Positions 53,989 through 64,000 of a stretch of DNA of 64,000 nt are shown here, in pieces. The DNA comes from Hyaloraphidium curvatum SAG 235-1 (lineage: Eukaryota; Fungi; Monoblepharomycota). The DNA is taken from the NCBI GenBank assembly GCA_025558095.1, contig JAIVFI010000008.1:62001-126000 (forward strand). The letters are read 5' to 3'. Position numbers and translations under genes: made by a program. The notes beneath the pieces were generated by a model. That model was not told the origin of the DNA, made no database searches, and worked only from the letters and a program-made list of their open reading frames with translations. How positions within the stretch are numbered: position 1 is the first letter of the stretch; each line of letters begins with the position of its first letter.

Positions 53989-56900
53989 ATGGCCACCGCC
54001 GTGCCGGGCAAGCCGCCGCCGGCCGGCCCGGCGACCATCGCGCGGCGGCTGCGGCTGGTCTTTGGGCTGCTCGGGGACAAGGCCGAGCACGCTCCCTCGC
54101 TGGAGGCTCCGGCCCTGACCTTTACGCCGTCGTCGCTAGACCGCCAGCCTAAGCAGCCGCTGCCGACAAAGGCGCAGAAACCCCCCGCCGCGAAACCGGA
54201 GCCGGGGATGCCCGGGATGACCGGCCCGCGACGGCGCTCGCCCCACTCTGCCGCACCCCCCGCCGCGCCGCCCGCATCGCCCGCCGCACCCGGATGGGCC
54301 CCGGTCGCGAACGCCTCCGCGGACTCGCTCGCCACGTGGGCGTTCCAGGTCGGCCTGGAGGACGCGTACGACTGGAGCCTCGCCGAGATGGAGATCGCCG
54401 CGTCGCTCTCGCCCGACGCCGGCACCCCCGACCCCGCCCACGCCTCCGCAATCGCCTACGACCCCGCAGACGCACACTTCGGCCACCCGCCCGCCTTGCA
54501 CGCCGCCGACCACGCCCCGCACGCGGAGTACTTCCACCCGGCCGCCGACCCGGCCGCCAAACCCACGCCCTCGCTGAGCACCGGCGACACCCACGACACC
54601 GCCTGGACGCTGATCCCGCACGCCGACGGCGCCGAACACGCGCACGACCCCGACTCGCTGCACCCCGACCTCCTCCGCACGGAGCGGGAGCGGTCCGCAT
54701 CGGGCGACACGGCGCAGATGGGCCGCCCCACGGCCTCGGGCTCGTTCGTCTCGCGGACTTCGTCCAACGGGTTCGAGCCGGCCCCCGGTTTCGAGCCGGC
54801 GCCCGGCTTGGTGTCGGTGGACACCCAGGCGCACGGGGAGCACGGCACGCCGCCGCAGGGGGACGAGGTCGCGTGGCTGCGGTACAGGCTGATGGAGGCC
54901 GAGAGGCAGCTCGAGATGGAGAGGGAGAGGAGGTTGATGTATGACGGTGGGTTGCTGCTCCTTCTGGTCGCTTTTTTGGGGCCGTGGGCTGACCTTGATC
55001 CCCTCCGCATGTGCTCGGCCCCTTATCCGGCATTCCAATCACCGCACCGCACGATCGACCGCCCACCCCACCATCGCAACCTACCCCCATCCAGCGATCT
55101 GGACCAACCCCTGCCAGAACGACGCCATCGGCCTCGTCGAGGTCGAATTCCACCCCCCCTCCCTCCTCCCCCCCCCCCTCCTCCCCGGACCCCTCCGCCG
55201 CGCGGGACCCGCGCGACCTCGTCGTCTTCGAAATGAACGCCAAGGCCGCCGCCCGCTTCCGCCGCACCCCCGACGCCGTCCGCGGCGTGCGGCTGTCGGA
55301 GCTCCTCGACCCGGCGGAACTGCCCGCGGCGCTGGAGCCGTACCGCGCGGCGCTGGCGGCGGGGGAGCCGCAGGTGTTCGAGCACTCGGGCCCCGCCTTC
55401 CCCGCCCTCTTGGCCGAACGTTCCGCCGCGACGCTGCGGTACGTCGGCCGCAGCTCGTACTTCCGCACCGCGGTCGCGCACATCGGCACGAACCGGATCA
55501 CTGGCAACCCGATCTGCGCCTTCTTCGAGGCGGACGTGACGAGGTACAGGAAGCAGGAGAAGGAGCTGGTGGCAAAGAACGCGGAGCTGGCCGAGGCCTT
55601 GGGCAAGGCCGAGGTGGCGAGCAAGGCCAAGGACGACTTTTTGGGGATGGTGTCGCACGGTGCGTTTCCGTGGACGGAATGGCTGCCGGTGCCGGCGCTG
55701 ATTGCTGCGCTGCCCCGTTCCAGAGATCCGCACGCCGCTCAACGGCATCCTCGGGCACCTCGCCCTCCTCCGCGAAACCCATCTGGAGGAGCAGCAGCTC
55801 GAGTACCTCGAGACCGTGACCGAGTGCTCCGAGGGCCTGCTCTCGCTGGTCAACGACATCCTCGACCTGTCGCGCATCGCGGCCAACAAGATCGAGCTGG
55901 ACCTCAAGCCGTTCGACCTGCACACGACCATGCGGACGAGCTTCGCGGTGTACAAGACCGCGGAGCCGAGGCTCAGGATGGTGCTGGACGTGGGGGAGGG
56001 GGTGCCGGATTGGGTCGTGGGGGACGGCAAGAGGCTGAGGCAGGTGGTGATCAACCTGCTGAGGTGGGCCGCGGCGTCGTTTTCCCGCTGCCCGCATCGT
56101 GCTGACGCCGCTCCCCAGCAACGCCGTCAAGTTCACAGAGCAGGGCGGCACCGTCGAATGCCGCGTGCGCTCGTCCCCCTCCGCCCCGCCCCCCGGCGCG
56201 GGCGAGGAGCACGGCGAGTGGGCGTGCATCTCGGTCGACGTGCGCGACTCGGGGATCGGCATCCCCGCCGACGCCATCGGCAAGCTGTTCCAGCCCTTCC
56301 AGCAGATCGACTCGAGCATGTCACGCAAGTACCAGGGCACCGGGCTGGGCCTGGCCATCTGCCGCAAGATCGTCGAGCTCATGCACGGCGCCATCTGGGT
56401 CACCTCGGAGCCGGGCAAGGGCAGCGTCTTTTCGTTCCGCATCTTCCTGCGGAAATGCCCCGAGGACCTCGAGGGCGGGGAAAAGAGCCTGGAGCGCAAG
56501 AAGCAGGCCATCGTGTCGAACCGCGTGCGCATGGAGCGCGAGATCATGGCCATCGAGGGCGCGCCCGAGGAGGAGGTGTCGGCGCTGGGCAAGGGGCTGT
56601 CCGGGAGCCTGTCACCCGGCGCCGGTGCGGGAGGCAAACTGCCCGACGAGATCGGGGACATGGTGGAGGCCCCCGTGGGCACGCTGAGGGACGGGTACCT
56701 CGGCGCGCCGCCGAGGACGGGGGCGGGGAGCAGGATCAACACGCTGCCGAGGGGGCAGAGCGGGCCGCTGCCGCATCGCCCGGCGTCGCCGGGCAGCGAG
56801 CCGCAGCACGGGAGCCTCGACAGGAGCCTGGACAGGCGCAAGGCGCCCTCGGCGACGAGGGCCGGATCGGCGCCGGGGACGGGTACGGGGACCCTGGGCA

Positions 56901-58015
56901 GGTCGGATACGGCGTCGAACGCCGCGACGCTCGGCAGGCCCGGATCGGCGGGCGACCGGCGGCCCGAGGCGGGCGGGCAGTCGCCGGCGTCCGGGACGGA
57001 TTCGTTGCCCAGGTCGGCCAACGGGTCGCTTTCGCGGCAGAACAGCTCGCTCTCGCGGTCCAACCGCGGCTCGCTCCCGCGGCCGATCGACACCTCCGTC
57101 GCCGGGACGCCGAAGCAGGCGGGACTCGAAGTCACGAAAGCGGCTTCGGACGGGGCCGGGCTGTCTCCTTCGGCCCAAACCGGCGGCGGGCTGTCACCGG
57201 GCGGCTCCGTGGACCGCGCGGGGAGCGGATTCTCTGACGGCCTGCCGGCAAAGACGCGCGAGATGGACAGGGAGAGCCACCAGTCGGCGGGCTCGCTCTC
57301 GGTCGAGGCCAAGGAGAGCTACAGCCACCTCCACATCCTGATCGCCGAGGACAACAAGGTCAGAATTGGCGCACGGGGTGGAAGACTTTGAACTGACAAT
57401 CTGAAACTCGTTTGGCAGATCAACCGCAACCTTCTGATCAGGGTGCTGACGCGGCTCGGCGTCGCGGGCGAAAACATAACAACCGCCGAGAACGGGGAGG
57501 AAGCTTGCGAGGTTGTCTTTGCCCGGCCGACGCCTTTTGATATCGTCTTTATGGTAAGCCCATCGTACAACCTCTCTCTTTCGAGCCAACCTGACGATCC
57601 GTGCCTTCAGGACCTCTCCATGCCCATCCGTTCTGGCATCGAATCCACGCGCATGATCCGGCAAACGCTGCCCGTGCAGCGCCAGCCCAAGACCATCGTC
57701 GCTTTGACTGCCAACGCATTCGAGGCCACCCGGAAGGAGTGCCTCGCGGCGGGCATGGACTCGTTCCTGACCAAGCCGTTCCGGATGCATGAGATTGCTG
57801 GCATCCTTGATGCCATAGCTCTGCAGATCCCGAGGGGCCCGGTGAGCCCCGCGAGCCCGGGAATGGTGGGGAGCCCGGGAAGGAGCCCGACGAGCCCGCC
57901 GAAGGGCCTGCTCAGCCCGACGAAAGCGCTGTCCGTCGGAAGCCTTCCGAACGGCGTGTCAATGCCACCGAGCGGACCGGCGCTGGATGCGGCGAATGCC
58001 GTCGAAGCGCGGTAG
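53989..58015 (+). CDS. Hybrid sensor histidine kinase (PAS-like - HisKA - HATPase - receiver), multi-exon
   Basis: FLGMVSH|EIRTPLNGILG (H box), RLRQVVINLL|SNAVKFT, DSGIGI, GTGLGLAIC, ILIAEDN, VFM|DLSMP, ALTANA, FLTKPF. Confidence 0.93.
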
Positions 58016-58121
58016 AGGGGAGGGCCAACGTGGGAGGGAAGTGACGTAACTTATGGCGCTCCTGGACGCTTGTGAAAAGTTTCACCGAGGATACCACGTA
58101 ACTGCGATAGATTGTCGTTGT

Positions 58122-59064
58122 CTACAGCCGAATCTTTACTTTGCCGCCCAGCTTGTTCGCCTCCCCTCCCGGCTTGTCGGCGCCGAAAGCAGAAACGTCC
58201 ACCAACCACCGCCGGATCTCCTGCACCAGCTGCTGCTGTTCCTCAGGATCGCGGTAGTAGTGTCCATGGCCATCGAGGACCACGTAGCGGTGGGACTTGC
58301 GCCCCTTCAGGGTGCGGTCATAGGCTTCGCCGTCCGTCGTGCCCAGGATCTCGTCCTTGGAACCCTGGACGACGAGCGTCTTAACCTCCGGGGCCACCTT
58401 CTTGAGAATCGACTCAAAATCGAGCTTCTCCCGGTAGGCAATGTCCTCGGGAGTCAAGACGTAATCCACGAGCTTACCGCGGTTGCGGTACTTTGATTGG
58501 ACTGCCGTCGACATCGACATTAGCCAACATTCGTCCCATTCGGCCCAACGAGGACCCACCTTCGGGCTGTCCAGTCTTTTTGACCTTCTCGTAAGCCTCG
58601 ACCGCGTCCTTCCGTGTGGGCAGCATGGCAAAGGACGGGTTGATATACACCAGGTGCTGCGGCGTGTTCGGTCCGGGGTTCCGGGAGTAGTAGAAGGTGC
58701 TCGACGTGCCACCGCGCGAATGGCAAACAACGGCGACCGGAGTCAGCTTGTGCTGCTCCTTCACGGCCTTGACGACGGCCTCAAGGTCCTCCGCCTCCTG
58801 CTCGTAGCCCGACTGGCGCGTGACGCCCTCGGACTCGCCCATCCCGCGGAAATCGAAGGTCACGCAATTGTACGGCATGCCGTTTGCCAGCGCGCGGATG
58901 ATCGGGGCGCGTTTGTTGTCGAGGCCTCCGTGGACGATGATAACGCATTGGTTCGAGTCCTTCTGCTTCAGCTCGAGCAGGGCCGAAAGCTTCGTGCCAT
59001 CTTTCGAGGTCACCGTGAACGGGACCTGCTTGGCCTGAACGAGGCCGAGGCGCGAGGCGAGCAT
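58122..59064 (-). CDS. Alpha/beta-hydrolase (esterase-like), 2 exons
   Basis: IIVHG, FDFRGMGES, CHSRGG nucleophile elbow, VQGSKDEI, GHGH. Confidence 0.85.
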
Positions 59065-59190
59065 TGTGCGGGAAGGCCGCGATGGACGGAACTTCGGTCG
59101 GGCCGACGCGTGTGATGGGGGACAGCCACACTGAACAACTGTTTCAAGGCGCATTGCTGGCCCTATGCTAATAGAGAATGGCAACATCGG

Positions 59191-60429
59191 CTACGTAATC
59201 AAGATGCCGGACGATCCATCAGATCTTTGCCCCCGGCGCCGCATCCCTTCCGACCCAGGTCGTTGCAAGCCACTGATCCAGCGTGACATACTGGGGGTGC
59301 ATCTTGCGGATTTCATCGATGTCGACCTGAATGAACAGTCAGTGATGGTAATCCACGACTCCGTTCGTGAGGGAACGAACGGTGAAGATGAGGTTCTTCG
59401 ACGATCCTTCCGCCGGTGGCGGATCAGCAGCCTTGGGTATCTCGGCGGGCGCGAGCCGCCGGTGCTTGAAAGGCTTGCCCGTGTAGTTAGCAAACCTTTC
59501 GGCAACTTCATCATACGACAGAATGTCGGTCGCGAGCTCGAGCTTCTTGCCGGTCCACTGGTCGATGTTGGCAAACAGATATGCTCCGAACCAGCCGATG
59601 TCCGAGACGGCAACGAAGCGCATTCTTGTCCGACTGCCATTGCTGATCAGTTTGGAAGCTAACCTGTTGAAGCCGCAAGCTTACCCGGGGTAACCGTTCT
59701 TGATCTCCGTGTCGGTGCCCTTGACCAGCTGCGAAGTGTTGAAACTACGAACGACGGATGAGCAAAGTCCAATTCCACGAGCAACCTATCACGCACTTGT
59801 CGTAGAACATGCACGGCGACAGAATTGCCCATTTCATGCCCGCCCGCGGAGCCTTCGACTTCAAGTATCTTTCGACGTCGAGCTTGCTGTTTAAGAACAC
59901 CTCAACGTCCACGCTCTTCCATGCCGGACTTAACCAACGCCCACCTGTTCCAGTAGGCGATGGCGACGTAGTCATCCTTCAGGCCGCCGACGCTCGTGTA
60001 GACAAATGCAGGCACTTCGCGTTCAATGGCAGCATCGATGGCGTTGATGCCTTGCTGACGCTCAACGGCAACCCCGTCCAAGGTCGGTGGTTCCATTGTG
60101 TCCTTCATCACCTTCCAGCTCTGCGTTGCCCACGTCGTGACGAGGAAGACCCCGTACGCGCCCTCAAAGTGCTTCAGCAGGCTCGACTTGTCCATGAGGT
60201 CGCCTTTTACGACCTCCCACGTCCGTCCCTGCAGCTCCTTGCGGACGTGCTTCTTCTCCAGGGCTTCGAGGTCCGCAATCAGAGCACGCGCGAGGTCATT
60301 GCCCGGATTGCGGCAGATGCAGCGCACACGAAACGCTTCCGAGTGGTACTGCACGAGGGCACGAGCGGTGGCACCGCCTTGCTGACCCGTGGGACCGGTG
60401 ACCACGATCACGCGGCGGGAGTCCGTCAT
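59191..60429 (-). CDS. NmrA-like NAD(P)-binding protein, multi-exon
   Basis: VIVVTGPTGQQGGATARAL, VKGDLMD, GAYGVFLVT, FVYTSVGG, FVAVSDIG; 3' end approximate. Confidence 0.85.
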
Positions 60430-60498
60430 TCTGAAGAGCGGAGGCCGGAGAGGTACGGGTGGGAGACGGTCACAGCTGCGCGTGAACAACTCACAACA

Positions 60499-61505
60499 AT
60501 GACTTCCTCGGCCCCCTCCTCGCTCTCCACGATGCCGCCGCCGCTCGTATGCCTGTCGGACTTTGACGGAACGATAATCACGGAGGCAGGCTCGCCCTGA
60601 AGCGCCAAAACCCCGCGTACCAACCAGCCTTCCCGACAGGACACGCTCATTGACCTCGTTGCTTATTCCCCCCGTTTTCGGGCAATGGGGGGAAAGAAAG
60701 CGGCCTCAGCGCACGCTCGCAGCATCATGATCGAGGTCGCTCGGCAGAAGCTGTCGTATCGAGGGGCATTCGACATGATTGCGTCGGCGATTGAGGGCGT
60801 GGAAGAGGCCGAGGGCATCGAGGTCATGGTGAAAGGTAGGAAAGACATTCTGAACCTTCTCCTTCGCGCGAATCTCATGCTGTCTGCCCAGCTTCGAAGG
60901 TCGATCCGACTTTCTCGACGTTCGTACGCTCCCTGGCGGACCGCTCCATCCCGCTCACGATTCTCTCTTCGGGATTCGGCGAGGTCATTGCCGAGGTCAT
61001 GCGACGCACGTTGGGCAACGATTTGGCGGCGCAGCTGACTATCGTTGCCTCTGGTCACGTCGTTTCGCCGGCATCCGAGGGACTGCGCTGGTCGGTCCAG
61101 CACGTCGACGAATCCGAGGTCGGGCATGACAAATCGCGGCACTTAATCAAGCTGCGAGCGACTTATACGGACTCGAGAGCCGGCACGACGTTGCCAATCT
61201 TTGTCTATTTTGGAGATGGGCTCAACGACATCCTCCCTTCCCGCCATGCCGACCTTGTCTTTGCCAAGGCCGGGAGCTCCCTGACGAAGCAGTGCGGGCG
61301 ATCTGCTATTCCATTCAGGGAATTCGAAGCTTTCTCGGAGGCCCACGAGCTCCTACTATCGGGTCTGGAACTTGTTCGGGATCCGACGACCCAGGACGAA
61401 CTCGTCGAGCAGTGGAGGCGCCATGTTTATGGCCCTGATTACCGTGATCGGACGCTGAAGCTTGCAGAGGAGTACAAGCAGAAGACCAAGAAGCTGAAAC
61501 TGTAG
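60499..61505 (+). CDS. HAD-superfamily phosphatase (MtnX/subfamily IB-like)
   Basis: Motif I LSDFDGTII, motif II TILSSG, DKS, motif IV YFGDGLND...ADLVFAK. Confidence 0.85.
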
Positions 61506-61563
61506 ATCGAATAGATTCGACGTTCTAGACAAGGTGTTATGCGCGGGGCCGCGGGAGGATTCG

Positions 61564-62544
61564 ATGGCATTCGATCAGATCTCTATCACAGGCGCTGACG
61601 CTGCTTGCCTTCCTCCCGGCACACTATCCGGAAATCGCGTCTCTCATCTAGAAGGCATCGCCAAGATGGAGTCTGAGCACGTGGACCCGCTGGCTAAGAA
61701 GTCGGAAGACGCGTGGGACGCGCTCGCCGCGCAGGGCAAGGCGGCGGAAGACGACGACCCGCCCGTGAAGGACGAAGAGTGGGAGGACGTCGGCGAGGCG
61801 TCGACCATCCCGACGGACCTGAACGTCGGCACGGCAGACGCGCCGAAGCCGGCCGAGGCCGCGGACGGAGCATCTGCAGTCGACACCAAGGGGCCGGACG
61901 CCAAGGGGCCAGAAACCGACGCGAAAGGAGATGCCAAAGGGCCCGATGCCAAAGGTCCCGATGCCAAAGGACCGGACGCCGAGGGACCGGAGGCCAAGGA
62001 AGCCGATGCCAAAGGGCCGGATGCCAAGGGGCCCAAAACCGCGTCGGCCGACTCCAAAGGCCCCGATGCCAAGGGCCCGGAAGCAAAGCCGGACGCAAAA
62101 GGCCCTGAAGCTGCTTCTGTTGCTGCTCCTGCGGATCCCGTACCGACCGATCTGCCGGAGAAAGGCCCGACCGTTGCCGCGCCCGCTCCGGAACCTCCCA
62201 AGGCACCCGAAGCCCCTGCCGAAGGCCCCGTGAAGAAGGTATTTGTCGTCGCCGCCCAATTCTTGCCCGATTCTTACATCATCTCCGCAGTACGCTCCCC
62301 CGCCCGGAAGGCCGCCGGCTCCTGCTGCCGCCGCTCCGGCCGCGATCCCAGCCGCTCCTGCCGGCGGGGAAGCCGCTTCTCCCAAGAAGTACGCACCACC
62401 TCCGCGGCCGCCGCCGGCTGCTGCTGCTGGCCTCGCCGCTCCTGCCGCCGCGCCTCCCGCTGCGGCAAAGACCTATGCTCCGCCGCCCCGGCCGGCTCCC
62501 GCGACGCAGTACGCTCCTCCGCCGAGGCCTCCTCCGAAGCAGTG
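61564..62544 (+). CDS. Low-complexity Pro/Ala-rich protein with KGPDA and YAPPPRP repeats
   Basis: Repeated (A)KGPD/E units; after an intron near 62239-62290, repeated YAPPP(G/P)RP units. Start uncertain. Confidence 0.6.
61885..62110 (+). repeat. Coding minisatellite, ~15-bp unit (GCCAAGGGSCCGGAY-like), encoding AKGPD
   Basis: About 10 imperfect tandem copies visible. Confidence 0.85.
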
Positions 62545-63154
62545 AAACCAGTTAGCCGTTCGATCGGCGTGGAGTGATGAGCTCGTAGCGGGGCTAGAGC
62601 TGACAACACGTTCTCCTTGCAGGACCATTCAATCATGAAGCAGTATTTGGCTGTATCGAATCAATATTCTTTCTTCCAATCTCTTCATCTGCTTTCCATG
62701 AAGTTCTCCCGCTTTCTCTCGCTTTCTGCGCTGTGTGAACTGCGACTTGAAGCAGTACGTGAAGCGCAAGGTCTGGGCTGACCCGTGCGAAATTGACTCC
62801 AAAGCAATCCGTCTCGTCTGCTCGCACACCGCGACTCCCGGCTCCGTTCCCGCAATTCCGACCGTCCAGGCTCCCAAGAGTTCGGCCCCGGTGCCACACG
62901 GCCCGTGCTCGGCGGAGGTGAGTGTTGATGCGCGGTGTCCTGGTGCCAGAAGAGTTGACCAATCTCACCATCCCGGCGCTCCGCTTTCCGCCGCGCCTGT
63001 TTTCTTCGCGTCTGCGCTTTCTTCATGCCAAGGAGTCTCGGCGTTGCTGGCTAGGACCGTGTGCGCGGGGCATCGCACGACTTCGCCCGTCGGAGCCGAG
63101 CGCGACGCCGACTGGGGCCTCGGAGCACCGCTGCCGCCGCGCGAACCAGCCACG

Positions 63155-64000
63155 ATGGCCGCACCCGTGCTGCCGCCGCTCCCGGGCAACCAGGCCCCGG
63201 GCGACCTCTACATGTCGTGAGTAAGCAGCTCTCCGCGTTCGTCCCCCTACTTCTCACCTCACCTACTGTATGTTCCAGGGGAGCGAACGAGTTTGACCAG
63301 CTCGGCCTGTAAGTCTCTTGCCTAACGATTGCCGCGCCGACTCTGACACCGCGCTCCTCCCCGCTTCAGCGGCCCCGACTACGAGGACATCAGCCAGGTC
63401 CTCGACCCGACGAGAGTCAACCTTGGCAACAACAACGTCCTCGACATATTTCGGAGCTGCATGGCGACTTTTGCCATGATCCGCAAAGAAGACGGCACCG
63501 TCAACGTGCTCTCCTGCGGCGCGGATGATGGAGGAGTTCTCGGTGCGTTGCGTCACGGCGTCTGGCTCAAGAAAGACACGCTCACCCTTTCGTCGTATTC
63601 AGGTCGCGTGGTGGTCGAAGAGTCGGACGAGCAGAACTTCCTGCCGGTCCAGGGCATCGAGCGCAGCGTGATCCAAGGAGATGCCGGGGAGCTCATCGCG
63701 GTGATCATCGACCAGGACGGAACAGCCTTTTACACCGGCAAGTTCAGGGTAGGTTGTTTGTTCATCTGCGCCGCAAAACAGTGCGCTGAGCCTCCTCTCC
63801 TATCTTTCGTTGCCTCACAGGACGATGGAGGCAACTGGATCCTCCAGCCTGGATTTGAGCAGTCAAATACTTTCATTCCGATCCCGGGGCTTCCGAGGGG
63901 ACGCAAATTCGTCAAGGTCGCCGTCGGGTACTCGTTCGTCATCCTTCTCGACGAAACGGGCCGGGCGTACTCGTTCGGCGCTGGAGACCACGGAGAGCTC
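63155..64000 (+). CDS. RCC1/BLIP-II repeat protein, 5' part (runs off window end), multi-exon
   Basis: FVKVAVGYSFVILLDETGRAYSFGAGDHGEL is a canonical RCC1 repeat; upstream degenerate repeats (DIFRSCMATFAMIRKEDGTVNVLSCG; AVIIDQDGTAFYTG). Confidence 0.75.

Noticed and set aside
61885-62110. Regular short repeats as a possible CRISPR-like array
   Set aside because: Units are contiguous, codon-phased and lack unique spacers; this is a coding minisatellite.
1-64000. Bacterial origin of the window (high GC, bacterial-like enzymes, TnpB-like domain)
   Set aside because: Pervasive spliceosomal introns and fungal-type domains (Zn2Cys6, Sfp1-like, RCC1, MYND) show it is eukaryotic. No rRNA, tRNA or CRISPR array was recognised.

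Overview
Very GC-rich, gene-dense eukaryotic DNA. It has short (~47-90 nt) GT-AG introns with CTGAC/CTAAC-type branch points, Zn2Cys6 and Sfp1-like transcription factors, a hybrid histidine kinase and UreF, which points to a fungus, probably an early-diverging chytrid/Monoblepharidomycete-like lineage (inference). About 25 genes are recognisable. The outstanding feature is one spliced gene at 17897-27967 (+). Its 13 manually assembled exons stay in frame for about 3,100 aa, with this domain order: two predicted TM helices, two ubiquitin-like domains ending in RLLGG followed directly by an NLS-like PRKKQRV, a FEN1/XPG-like PIN nuclease with H3TH, an unknown middle region, and a Fanzor1/TnpB-like module. 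Two Zn2Cys6 clusters sit just before RuvC-I, and the third RuvC catalytic Asp appears replaced by Asn. A highly structured ~210-nt non-coding segment (candidate omegaRNA) follows the stop codon. The locus is a candidate domesticated, possibly membrane-tethered and protease-released, RNA-guided DNA-binding/processing system. Other points: a five-member local CAMK-like kinase family (including a head-to-head pair whose 5' halves are nearly identical), a PPR gene cluster with a pseudogenised paralog, an inverted MYND remnant, and several bacterial-like metabolic genes. All gene models and domain calls were made by eye, without database searches.
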